Source of the DNA: Nemertoderma westbladi
Taxonomy: Eukaryota; Animalia; Xenacoelomorpha
Assembly: GCA_032718475.1 (NCBI GenBank)
Contig: JAUCBJ010006436.1
Coordinates: 1-62,852, forward strand
Direction of reading: 5' to 3'
DNA: 62,852 nucleotides
The position numbers were made by a program, and so were the translations under genes. Shown here piece after piece: positions 41,121 to 52,835 of the stretch; positions within the stretch are counted from its first letter, which is position 1; each line of letters begins with the position of its first letter. The notes under the pieces were generated by a model. It searched no databases. It had not been told where the DNA came from and was given only the letters and a program-made list of their open reading frames with translations.

Positions 41121-41920
41121 CACATTACAGTATTCTAACCAAAACAATAACATAAAGTTAATAGAACAGATTACAGCTTTATGTTTTTGAAAGTAATCAA
41201 CTGTTATTTGCGTCGAATTTCCCCTGGGGTGGGATGACATCTGATAGCGTCGGAATTTCCCCTGGACGCATATCCAATCTGCAATTAATTGATACTATTG
41301 AATTGATAATTTAAATGATTCCAGATAGCAGATTGAATTTGCAGTCTATTTACACTACAGATTCTTCCCATAGATGAATATTGAGTTTTTGTTGTGAAAA
41401 CGATGGCCGTTGTGGGCCACCGTAAACATGCAATAAAATAAGGGTGCTAATTTTCTTTCGTTGTAAACAGTAAAAAATAAAAATTTATTTTTAAACGCGG
41501 AAAACGTTTAACACAAAAGGTAATAAAACAGTGTTGCGCGCGGGTGTATCCTACAAGTATTTTGGACATTTTTGTGTGGTATTGGCATAATGTCATATAA
41601 TTTACAATCGTTTTTTTTATTTATTCAATAAAATCAAGTCTCCCCTAAAGCCAAGTCTCCCTCACTCACCCTAAGAACACTTTCGCTTGGAAAATAAAGT
41701 CAGAAGTTGTATAATCCAAGCAAATATACTAATTCGGAATATAGGTCCAGGCATATTTGTCCGCTATTTTAGAAAAAATATAAGTTGCCTTTGTTTCACG
41801 TCATTCTATGTATTTGTATAGGTGTCTTTAAACCTGAAACGTTAGTTATACGCTGGTAAATCGGAAAAGTTAATTTTGTAAAAAAATTAAATTTAATGCA
41901 AAATGATCCGTAATTACTTA

Positions 41921-42154
41921 AGGCCCGTTTCCGCGCTGCTTTTTTATGTGCCGGCGAGGTGGTATTCTGAGCTTTTTTATGAGCTGTTTTTTCAAGCTTT
42001 TTTTTGAGCTTTTTTTGAGCTTTATACTATAGTTTTAGGTTTTAGTATTCGAAAATTCGCAGATTCGTCTTGAAGCAATTAATTTCTAGAAATTGTTTTA
42101 ACTAAAAAAAAGCTTGAAAAAAAGCTAAAAAAAAAGCTGCACGGAAACGGGCCT
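41921..42154. mobile_element. PIF/Harbinger-type (Tourist-like) MITE 200 bp upstream of PARN
   Basis: TIRs AGGCCCGTTTCCG / CGGAAACGGGCCT with TTA on both flanks. Confidence 0.75.
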
Positions 42155-42354
42155 TTAACGGTTTTACCGGTACTGATTGACTGAACAACCAGTACAGCAG
42201 TACTGGTGTAGTTGGTTGTAGCCAATAGCCATAGAATACAGGAATACTGGAATAGGGAATTACCTACAGTAATACTGTACCAACTCCTGACTGTACTCGA
42301 CCTACTGCAGTGGAAATTCGAACATTAAAATATAATAAGATATTAGCATAAGAA

Positions 42355-44046
42355 ATGGAAGTGTTAAGAAGTAACTTCAAAGACGTCCTTGAGAATATTG
42401 GGGCTATCATAGAAGAGGCAGATATCGTAGCCATTGATGGCGAGTTCACGGGCTTACGTGGTTCTATAGCAGGTAAAGATAACGCAATGGATTCCCCCTC
42501 GGATAGGTATCATAAATATTTAACACAATCTATGGACTTTATTCTCATTCAGTTCGGGTTAGTTGCCTTCACTTACGACCAAAAGAGTAAGGAATACATT
42601 TGCCACCCTTATAGCTTTTATACTTTTCCACACAAAGACGATAAGTTCAACCAGAAAAATAATTATACGTTCCTCTCTCAGAGTTCCTGCATTAATTTCC
42701 TCATTTCCAACGATTTCGATTTTAATAAACTGTTTAAGGAAGGAATTCCTTATATGAAGAACGATAGATTCCAAGTTCTCAGCGCGAAGGTGGATGAGAA
42801 ATACAAAGAAAAGGAATTATTGTTGGAGAATGACTCGAGTAAGGTCCATTCAGTCGGGGCAGTTCCGGAAGACCAAAAACAACTTGTGGACGAGAGTGTA
42901 AAACTAATCGAAGGATTATTAGATTCTAGTTCGTTGTCCACGGTCAATCTGCCTGTCTGTAACAGCTACCAACGACTCCTTATATACGAGGCAATAGATA
43001 AACAATTCGGATGCAAGAAGTTACACATGGAAACCGTAACTGCTGAGGGCAATATGAAACGAATTAAAGCCACGAAGTTGAGTAAGGAACATAAATTGAA
43101 TAAACTTAAAGAAAATAAAGAACTAGAGATGTATGAGGTGGAGGAAGCTATAGGATTTAGTAAAGTTATTCAGCTACTTTCTAAGAAAGCCAAACTAATT
43201 GTTGGACATAACATGTTCCTGGATTTACTACACACTGTTGATAAATTCATTGTTAAACTTCCTAGCGATTATGAAGAGTTTAAACTGCTACTCCACGAGG
43301 TATTCCCGCGAGTTGTCGACACAAAATTAATAGCGTTAACCGCTCCGTTTAAGGACATAATCTCCCATTCAGGACTCGAGAAGTTGACTAAAGAACTCGA
43401 TAAGAAACCATTCAAAAAACCAACGATTAAAATAGCGGAAAATTTCCCGGATTTGGAAGGGAAAGATAAATTCCACGACGCGGGTTACGACGCTTATATA
43501 ACCGGGAGCATTTTCCTTACTTTTGCCCATTACCTTGATTCCTTCCAGCAATCTCCCAACACTCACCCCACTAATTCCCCGCTTATAGCGCCATTCGTTA
43601 ATAAAATATTCATGATGAAAAGTCCCGATATTCCCTACATGAACCTGAACGATTCGGATCCGAGCCCGGATCGAACTCGGGTCTTCCACGCCACCTTTCC
43701 GTCCCAGTGGTCCACCAACGATCTCCGTGAGCTATTCAGTCCTTATGGTAACATATTTGTGCATTGGGTCGACGACTGTACCGCTTACGCTGTAGTACAG
43801 TCGTCGTCTGCGGCCCAACTTGTATCCGATCAGCTGTGCGCCGCTAGTGGCTCCTCTGGTGTCTACTCTGTGGTTCCCTACAGCGTTAAACACCCAGGAT
43901 ACCGGTCGAAGCCACAATCCGGTGGCGAAGACGCGATAAAGAGGCGCAAACTAAGCGGCGGTCGCGTCGAGACTGAGCCTAAATCTGAAGTAAAAGTGAA
44001 CTCTTACAAAGATACCAAACAATTCGATGAGCCTGCAGATTGGTGA
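42355..44046 (+). CDS. PARN: Poly(A)-specific ribonuclease, single coding exon, 563 aa
   Basis: DEDDh/CAF1 motifs AIDGEFTG, GHNMFLDL and HDAGYDAYITG; R3H-like insert CNSYQRLLIY; RRM (FPSQWSTNDLRELFSPYG..WVDD); KRRK NLS-like motif; C-terminal FDEPADW; AATAAA at 44129. Confidence 0.95.
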   Translation: MEVLRSNFKDVLENIGAIIEEADIVAIDGEFTGLRGSIAGKDNAMDSPSDRYHKYLTQSMDFILIQFGLVAFTYDQKSKEYICHPYSFYTFPHKDDKFNQKNNYTFLSQSSCINFLISNDFDFNKLFKEGIPYMKNDRFQVLSAKVDEKYKEKELLLENDSSKVHSVGAVPEDQKQLVDESVKLIEGLLDSSSLSTVNLPVCNSYQRLLIYEAIDKQFGCKKLHMETVTAEGNMKRIKATKLSKEHKLNKLKENKELEMYEVEEAIGFSKVIQLLSKKAKLIVGHNMFLDLLHTVDKFIVKLPSDYEEFKLLLHEVFPRVVDTKLIALTAPFKDIISHSGLEKLTKELDKKPFKKPTIKIAENFPDLEGKDKFHDAGYDAYITGSIFLTFAHYLDSFQQSPNTHPTNSPLIAPFVNKIFMMKSPDIPYMNLNDSDPSPDRTRVFHATFPSQWSTNDLRELFSPYGNIFVHWVDDCTAYAVVQSSSAAQLVSDQLCAASGSSGVYSVVPYSVKHPGYRSKPQSGGEDAIKRRKLSGGRVETEPKSEVKVNSYKDTKQFDEPADW

Positions 44047-44264
44047 GAAGCTGTTAGGTTCCCTTTGATTGGCTGTTCCTGGACGTATTCAAAAGTCACG
44101 AGAGTATAATATACCGTACTTATAAATCAATAAAGATTATATTATATTTTAGGACACAATGTAATGATACATGCCTAGTTTCTAAATTTGTTTTATTATC
44201 TCATTAAAATTCCATAAAATGAGAATTTGTGTCCTAAATAGTCTTATGGTTGGTGTTCTAATGC

Positions 44265-45245
44265 GTCCCACTGTTCATGTCATGTCCTTAAGTGTCTGTT
44301 TCCATGGTGATCTGTCCGTGTCTCAATGTTTGTCACTGCCAGTTCGCTACAAAAGTGTCATTCTTAATATGCCAAATATTGTCACAGTTCGTGTTCCAGT
44401 GATCGTTTCCCAACAATATCACTGCCCAGTCCCCAAAGCTTCCCACTGTTCGTGTCCCAACATATCCCATTGTTCACGACCCAGAGTATGTCACTGTTGG
44501 CAGTGTTGGTGTCAGATTATTAGTATGTTCGTGTCCCATTGTGTGGTATTGTTCTTTTCTCAATGTAACTCATTGTTCACTTCCCAAAGTAGATCACTGT
44601 TTTAGTCACAAAGTGTGTCTTTGTTCGTTTCTCAATGTGTGTCTCTGTTCGTGTCCAAATTGTATCTTTTCGTGTCCAAGTTGTGTCACTGTTCGTGTCT
44701 CAATATATCCCATTGTTCGGTTCGTATCCCAAAATGTGTCACTGTTCGGTTCGTATCCCATGTCAATGTTCCATCATTAAATGTAACCCTGTTCGTTTCC
44801 CAATATGTTCCATTGTTAGTGTCCCAAAGTGTGACACTTTTCGTGTCAAGCGTGTATCACACTATTCGACTCCCCGATTGTGCCACTGTTCATTTATTAA
44901 ATTTGTCCCAATGTTCGTTTCCCGAAGTAGGTCAATATTTGTTCCTAAGGGGGTGCAACAGTTCATCTCTCAAAGGGTGCCTTAGTTCATTTCAAAAAGT
45001 GTATCACTGTTCGTGTCCCAATGTCCCCGATTGTTCATGTCCCAAAGCACCGAAGGGTATATCTGTTCGTGTCTCAAATTGTGTCACAGTTCGTGTGGTC
45101 TCAACAAAAAAAAATTGTGTCACAGTTCATGTCTGTATTCGTGTCCCATAGCGTATCACCGTTTGTTTACAAACGTGTGTCACTAATGTCCCAAGCAATG
45201 TCTCTAGCCACTGTTCGCGTCCCAAAGTTTGTCACTGTTCATTGC
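44265..45245. repeat. Degenerate minisatellite (TGTCACTGTTCGTGTCCCAA-like, ~20-23 bp)
   Basis: Recurrent CACTGTTCGTGTCCCA motif with high divergence; accounts for the Cys/Val/Ser-rich ORFs. Confidence 0.75.
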
Positions 45246-47953
45246 AATACAATAAACTAAGCGATTAAACGCGACGGGTAGTTGAAATTACCCAGGATTT
45301 CCGTCTTTTCAATGATGATATTGATTGTACAGTATACATGTTGCATTAAAATATACCTCCCTACCCCCTACCTGAAGACATTTATGCTAGCAAATCAGTT
45401 TTGTTTCGGTCGCAATTTGACATTGACTCGAGCACGTTGTGGGCAGGGCGAACGCCCAGTAAAATATTATGTGATCAAAATAAAATATTTAATGGAAAAA
45501 CTTTGTATTAGAATATATCGATAGATGAATATCCGTCGTCTTAGCAAAACTTGACTATTTTCTCTTAATATATTGTTAGGCGGGCGTCGTGGTAAGCGAG
45601 GTTCATATAGGGGTACCACCGTTTTCGTCCGGTCTGTCGCCTAATGTTTTTAGGCTAATAATTCTATCAATCTTTGATGACATTAAATGAATTTTGGTAT
45701 AGTTGTAGTCTGTCTGAAGTCTGAAATAGAATTCGCGTACCCAGCAGTTCTCCGGAACCCACAAGGGACACTGCCCCTATCATTGTACGCCAGAGTTACG
45801 ACTGATGACCAGGGGGTGGGTGTCCGGGGTCGCTGATAAGCTATAGTGAGTGGCCATGGTGGCAAAACATACTGTACCTTTTTTTATGACGATAATATTT
45901 GAATGACCCCTTAAATTGTGGAAATTGTTATTTTATGGAGTGAACTTTTATTAATGAAACTCTTATTTATTTTTCTGTAGTAATTTATTGTCATGCCAAT
46001 TGTAATACATTACCGGGTTCTCGGTCCAATGCGAATGCATCCATTGATAATACGTCATAAACATGGGAGTTCTTCTCTACCTCAAACCTTTTCCCACCCC
46101 ATTATGTCCAGTTTAGCTACTCATTTCCAATAATGAGGCGTTGCATAGAGAGACACCCCCGGTGAATATATAATATATTCACCGGTTAATATCACCGGTA
46201 ACTATGAAATGAAGGGAGTGTAAACTGTAAATGGAAAGTACCCTTTATCCCTCTATCTGTGTGTGGCAAACACCATCAATCAACAGGTGTTACATCAGCT
46301 GTTCGACTGAACAACAACACGATTGGATAATCATTAAAATTATCTATCCAATGTTAACGTTATGTTATTCTGATTCATGCTGTCATGGCCTACTTTCGCC
46401 TTTGTATACGCATTGGTCAGTTGGTAGGCCGAAGCCGCAGCACATCTTACGGCTGTCTGCCTGTTCCGTACATAGAGCAGTAGAGAGACAGACAGTACAC
46501 CAGTATCCGGTACTGCAGTATCCACCCAACCGAGTACGGAGTATACATTTCAGCATTTATGGTGTACAGGCTACAGGCAGACAGACAGTAACTGGCAGAC
46601 TGGTAACATCTGAACATGCACAGCGTCGCTGTCCCGTTTGTCAGTGTGTATCCAGTTCCGATAAATATTAGCAGCTGCACAGGACTATGATAGTTTTCAG
46701 AACTCATTCTGCATTCGGGTGACCCTGCAAAAGTACAGGTCTCAGGGTCTGCAGGTGATGGTAACGGAAAAATACCTGGATAATAACATTCAGCCTTCCT
46801 TACCTACTACTACTATATGCCATTGACATTTCACATTTTGAAATGCTGAAATGGCATTTTTTTAGACCCAAAAAATTATCATAGTCACTTCAGCTGCAGT
46901 AGTCACCCAAGCTGCCAAGCGTCAGGTGACAACATGGACTAGGCCTATGATAATTACATTTTATCTTATAGAAATATCATAGTTCCTCCTGGTACCGGTA
47001 GCCTATTAGTTGACTATGATAAAAATTTCGGATTTTAAAAAAATAGGCTATATAGGCCTACTGATATAGATACCGTATTTTAAGTCAAACTCGAAATAGT
47101 GACTTAAAATGTGACTTTTACATGGGTAAGGCCTCCATATTATTTCTGTTGCATAGAAATAAATGAACTTAAATTGCATTTACCGGTGGTTTTTAAATAT
47201 GAAATGAGGTAGAGAGAGGTTGTGTTGTGACGTGTGGTGTGTGTGTGTGTGAGCTGTGAGGTAGCTTAGCTACATACAACATACTGACATATGAAATAGA
47301 CCAGTAGACCTATAGCAATATTGAGATGCCGGTATATAACAAGTTGATACTGTTATACGGTTATAAGCCCTTATTCTGTTATTGCCCATCTATTTTTTGT
47401 ACCACCATCAGACCATCCGATACTGTATTAGTATTACCGTCTGTCACACTGTCGTAGCGGTACCGCAGTACCGGTACCTCGACAGCACCGTTCGTTAACT
47501 AGGCGGTAACGCGGCTGGCGGCTGGCCGGCCCGGCCCGGCCCCAACTAAAGAAAGAAGCAGGCGTTTTGGGCGTCATGGTCAGATGGTCGTACCCACTCG
47601 TACAGTCGTAATGGCTGTATGGTTTTCATCACTGAAATAGCAGGGAAATATAGCTAAATTAGTTTTAGAAAAATAGTGGTGTGAAGGGCTTCCAGCTTCA
47701 GGCAGCCACAATAAAATAACAAAATGATGTTATTGGTATTGCAGACTTTTCAATAAACATTGTTTATTGAACGTCTGCAATAACACCATTCAGCCATTTT
47801 TTTTATTTCATGTGGCTTAAAGCAGTAAAGTCCTTCACATTCACACTACTATTTTCTAATATTCTCGCCACATTCAGACATTCAATTTACTGATTTATTA
47901 GTAAATCTTTTAAATATATCTTTTAAATTAGTTTTTAAACTTACCGTCTCTCT

Positions 47954-48433
47954 GGGTCCTACGAATTACCCCAAAATACCCCAAAACACCCCAAAATACT
48001 CCAAAATACCCCAAAATAGTCAAATATTACCCCAAAATACCCCAAAAAGGCTAAAAAATTACCCCAAAATACCCCAAAATAAGCTAACCATGTTTTTTAA
48101 CAGCGAGGGAAAGGAGCAGGTTACAGTGGCAAGTTTTTTTAACCAAAACAATAAACGAGAGTGAAGAAAAAAATTTTAATTATTTTGGGGTAATTCGTCA
48201 TTATTTTGGGGTAATTCGTCATTTTGCCATATTTTGGGGTAAATTAAATTTCCAAAACAAAGGCTGAAAAAAAAGTATTTTGGGGTAATTCTAAACTATT
48301 TTGGGGTATTTTGGGGTAATTCTAAACTATTTTGGGGTATTTTGGGGTAGTTTTATACTATTTTGGGGTCTTTTGGGGTGTTTTGGGGTATTTTGGGGTG
48401 TTTTGGGGTATTTTGGGGTAATTCGTAGGACCG
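47954..48433. mobile_element. MITE with 8-bp TSD and inverted (TATTTTGGGG)n arrays
   Basis: TIRs GGTCCTACGAATTACCCCAAAATACCCC / GGGGTATTTTGGGGTAATTCGTAGGACC; TSD GTCTCTCT at 47946-47953 and 48434-48441. Confidence 0.85.
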
Positions 48434-49260
48434 GTCTCTCTTACCGTATTTACTGAATTATATTCGGATAATAAATCATGGACACAGAGCGCAGACGGAA
48501 TCGTCAAAGTCAGAAAAAGTGTGAAAAAATGAGCCAAGTTTGAAACGTTGCTGACCGGTAAGTAGGCCTATATATTTGTAGGCCTATATATTAATGCTGG
48601 AATAGAACCTAACACGCGTGTCCCTTAAAAATTTACAGTCAGACAGTTACCGGTACCGAAGGGTAACTACTTTGTTCTTTAATATCTCTTAAGCGGCTTG
48701 CTGTAATTGATTTATAATTTAGCAGAATGGTAAAACGCAAACTAAATTAAATTTCTGGTACAATCTCTAATGTAGTCGTAGCGCTGCGTATTGAACAGGG
48801 AAGGAACCACCATCTTGGTATATTTATAATTTGAATTGCAATTAATTTACCTCTTAGAATTGCACAGAAGTAATTTGAATTTATATATAGAACAAGAACA
48901 CCAAATGAGCAGACTGTGACAGTGACTACGGTAACTTGTCACTCTAATTGATTTTTTTAGGCATTTTTTAGATTCATTAAAATATATTGTAATTTTGTAT
49001 CTTTATAACGGCATACTACTGTACTATGATATTTATATATTCAGTTTCTCAACATTTAAAGATTTCATCGTAGAATAAATTACGGTTTTTGCTGACTGGG
49101 TGGGTGACTCTGATGGAATAATAGGCCTACATCTATCCATTGGTTAATCATTTGGTCACATCCATTGGTTAATCGTTGGTTGCTTCCCATCACTACCCCA
49201 TCATCTCGTAGCACCCAACACCTGCGACTAACTTCCGTTTCAGCAAACGTGCTGGACAGA

Positions 49261-50406
49261 ATGGGACAGGAGCATTCTAGTAACGGACGACCGCTCAATG
49301 TCCCTAATAGAGCCGGTGCAGTATCGCAATCGGTGCCGCAGAGACCAGTCGAGGTTGAGCGTCCGCCGCCGAGATTGCGTGAAGGGAGGGGGGGCCCATG
49401 TGAGGAGCGGCGTAGCAGCGCCACTGAACGGCCCAGCACCAGCGCGCAACCAACCGTGGTTAAATTCCACCCAAAACGGGGAAACAACGTAGTTCTAGAA
49501 CAGAACGGTATGGTGGCTCGTAGGTCCGATAGTTTCTGCGACGCTATAACCTTCGTTGATTACGCGCTCAAATTAAACGAAGTTCTGAGAATAAAGATAA
49601 TCTCTATGGAGTCGACGTGGAACGGGATCCTCCGTCTGGGTGTCACGCAGCACGGCCCGCTCTCTATCGAATCACTGCCACGGTACAGCTGCCCGAACCT
49701 GAGCGGGAAACCTGGATTCTGGATCAAGTCTTTGGATACGGAAGGGGCCGTGGAAGAAACTGTTGTTTCTTTCTTTGTGAGTCCGGCGGGCGATTTGAAT
49801 CTTAAGTGCGGCTCGGGGGACTACTTTGTGTTCCTTTCGGGAGTGGCGACCAGGAGCCGGGGGTTGTGGCCGGTTATAGACGTGTATGGGAACACCACGG
49901 GGGTTCAGTTACTAGGGGTTACGGGGCGGGATTCCCCTGCTGAGTTGGTCCCCGAGCCGCCGGTCCGACGACGTTCTCGATCCCCCGCAGTTCTGCGGTC
50001 CGCAGTGCCGCGTGCCCCCGCCCCCTCTGGGTCCGCAGTGCCGCGTGCCCCCGCCCCCTCTGGGTCAGCAGTGTCTCGTCCCCCCGCCCCCTCTGGGTCC
50101 GCAGTGCCTCCCAGTGTGCCCCCACGGGTCCCCAGTCCCCTCGAGCCCATCCGTGTTTCCCCCGCTTCCCGTCCCTCAAGGCCCCCTCCCCCTCGCTCCA
50201 ACCCCCAGAGCAGCCCCCCAACCGAGCCCCGCGCTGAAGATAACACCTGTTGCATTTGTTTCGATAACACTGTGGACAGTGTCCTGTACGGCTGCGGCCA
50301 CTTGTGTCTCTGCAACCCGTGCGCCTTGCAGATTCAACGTGGAAGGAAGAACTGCCCGATATGCCGAGCAGAAGTTAAAGACGTCATCAGGATCTACAGG
50401 CCCTAA
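49261..50406 (+). CDS. Neuralized-family E3 ubiquitin ligase (single NHR domain, Pro-rich linker, C-terminal C3HC4 RING), ~381 aa
   Basis: NHR: KFHPKRGNNVVL..ARRSDSFCDAITF..WNGILRLGVT..PRYSCPNL..LWPVIDVYGNTTGVQL. RING: CCICFDNTVDSVLYGCGHLCLCNPCA..CPICRAEVKDVIRIYR. Confidence 0.9.
   Translation: MGQEHSSNGRPLNVPNRAGAVSQSVPQRPVEVERPPPRLREGRGGPCEERRSSATERPSTSAQPTVVKFHPKRGNNVVLEQNGMVARRSDSFCDAITFVDYALKLNEVLRIKIISMESTWNGILRLGVTQHGPLSIESLPRYSCPNLSGKPGFWIKSLDTEGAVEETVVSFFVSPAGDLNLKCGSGDYFVFLSGVATRSRGLWPVIDVYGNTTGVQLLGVTGRDSPAELVPEPPVRRRSRSPAVLRSAVPRAPAPSGSAVPRAPAPSGSAVSRPPAPSGSAVPPSVPPRVPSPLEPIRVSPASRPSRPPPPRSNPQSSPPTEPRAEDNTCCICFDNTVDSVLYGCGHLCLCNPCALQIQRGRKNCPICRAEVKDVIRIYRP
49999..50108 (+). repeat. 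In-frame 33-bp coding tandem repeat (SAVPRAPAPSG, ~3.3 copies)
   Basis: TCCGCAGTGCCGCGTGCCCCCGCCCCCTCTGGG repeated within the linker. Confidence 0.85.
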
Positions 50407-52045
50407 CAGCCTGACATATGCCTATTAATGCTTTTTATTTTTTTATTTTCTAACCTACCACAATATATATATCGTACGACAAAGTTAATTAATACAACGG
50501 TACTTGAACTTAACAAAAGACTCGAGAGTTGTTTATAATTTAATGTACATTATATATATATTATTTATTGCAGCTTATATTTCGGAATATTTGCTTTTTA
50601 TTATAAATTGAAATAATTGAATGACGTATATTTTATCTAATATACATTCAATTATAATATATAACTTAGGTAGCAGTGGTTCAGTCATTTATTTCTTATC
50701 TACATAAGTTACTTTAGAAAAGGTGCTGTTGTTTTTTATGTGCGAGTCTGTTTTTGCAGTTAGCCTCCCTAATCCAACTTATATACTTAAACTAATTATT
50801 GTTATAGTAATTAAGATACATATTTTTAATATATTATTATATTGTTGATAAATATATTTGATTTTTATCTCAGCTGTTGTTCTATTTGAGAACAGCTGAT
50901 TTATTGGATATTTTATATAATTCTTTTAATTCTTGAATTTATTTTAGGAACTTTCAGTGATTCTTCGGGTGGAATTGCTTTTTATTATACCTTCCGCTAA
51001 ATTATGATACATTTCACCTAAACATTACTTTTTATTTCTAATTTTAGTGTTAATATAAATACATTGATGATTTTATTTCGTTATCAATATCATATGTATC
51101 TTTGTCTCAGTTGTCTGTGTCATTAACTGCTGTTTATTTTAGTTTGTGTTTTTGCCCATCTGTGCTTTCTATTCCCTGTGTTGGCCTTTGAATTATCACC
51201 CACTCATTTATTAATTGCTGAGCTGATTTTCAATGTTTAATTATAAACTCACACATTTTTTAGTGCTCTTTGTGAAATCATTCTCGTTAATGTTAAATCA
51301 TTCTTAATCCAGTATTTAATAATTATTTGTTTCTCATATTATTGAAAATAAACGCCACTTGCCTATGCCTAGTTTATTCTTCTCGTTCAATTTTACGGTA
51401 AATAAATATATGTGCTTATACTGCCAAATTATATTTATTTAGAGTTTATATACAAATACCAATCGTCAAAGAGTCAAGAATATATATATATTATAATTAT
51501 TAGTCATATTCGTGTGTTTATCGGTGTCTTAGTATGTGGTAACTTTCGCATTTAAACTTACCAAATTTGAATAAACTGAAGAATGAAGACATTATTTAAT
51601 TGTTAATTAACGCGCAATATGTAAAAGCTAAGCGTTTAACCATTTATACACCATCGGACATGTTAAAATATATGACATTGTACACAATATTAAATTATAT
51701 TTGTTTTGTTAATCAGTACGGTATAAGTTTATAATTGGTAGATGTACGTATGAATGATGTTCCTAAATATATATTTTTATTACTAATTTAAAATAGGCCA
51801 AATAATTGTCTCGCGAATTGCTCTCTTGTCTATTTCCTGTTGATTTTCATGGATTTCTATAATTGGAATATTATAAATTTTATCTTATAACTTCATATAC
51901 CGCAATATAATTTTCATTGTTTAATATTTCCTGGGTCTGTTTGAAATTGGCAGCGGGGATAATATGTGTACCAGGGGGTGGGGCCCGCCTTGCATATGTA
52001 GAAGGCAAGCCGTAATAGCAAGGGAGCACAGCAACTGAGTTTTGT

Positions 52046-52232
52046 AAGTTGTTAGTTTCACTCATAAGGTTCTTTTGTGTGGAGCATAGTTGTGTTGTTA
52101 GTCTCCCTCATAAGGTTCTTTTGTGTGGAGCATAGTTGTGTTGTTAGTCTCCCTCATAAGGTTCTTTTGTGTGGAGCATAGTTGTGTTGTTAGTCTCCCT
52201 CATAAGGTTCTTTTGTGTGGAGCATAGTTGTT
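52046..52232. repeat. 46-bp tandem repeat, ~4 copies
   Basis: CTCATAAGGTTCTTTTGTGTGGAGCATAGTTGTGTTGTTAGTCTCC repeated. Confidence 0.9.
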
Positions 52233-52379
52233 ATATAACATTCCCAATAGAAAATGAACCGGAATATCAGTGACCTTCTATATAATACACTGACTCGTTT
52301 CATTGTAATTCAATGTTTATAAATGGCATAAAAAGATCATGAGAACAATGTTGCTGAACATAGTATCCCAATAGATGAT

Positions 52380-52835
52380 CCTATGATGGAATAGATTCAA
52401 AGAATGCCATAGTTACTGTCGATCTGATGCAGAGAAGGTTTCACGGAAAGGCTTCAGATCATCGGGAATTTCCTACATGGAAATGGTACATTATCCAGGA
52501 TTCACCCAATTATCAGACTAGCAAGCATGCACGCACAGGCTACAGGTATCTTCCACAGGGTGTCCTAGTTGAAAAGTTCTTGCCCCCCGCTGGCTCAAAA
52601 AGTCGAGGAAATCGAGCTAAGTACCTTACTGATATAGACTTTGCTGATGACTTTGGATTGGATTTTACATTTGGAATACATTGGATTTACTCTGCTCATT
52701 GGAGCAGGCTGATTCTAATGTTGGTCTTTTTGTGAACATCAAGAAGACCACAATTTTGACAGTGAACTGTGGCAGCCTCCCCCGCTTTACAGGACATTGC
52801 TTTCGCCGTGAGTACCAGCCAGTGCCTAATCTTGT
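52380..52835 (+). mobile_element. Heavily deleted RTE LINE relic
   Basis: GSKSRGNRAKYLTDIDFADD, VGLFVNIKKTTILTVN and RFTGHCFRRE match pieces of the 39-41 kb element. Confidence 0.75.

Noticed and set aside
44219-45260. Cys/Val-rich ORFs downstream of PARN
   Set aside because: Translations of a degenerate minisatellite located past the PARN poly(A) signal.
48180-48425. True telomere or ciliate-type T4G4 telomere addition
   Set aside because: The unit is 10 bp (TATTTTGGGG), internal, and bounded by TIRs and a TSD.
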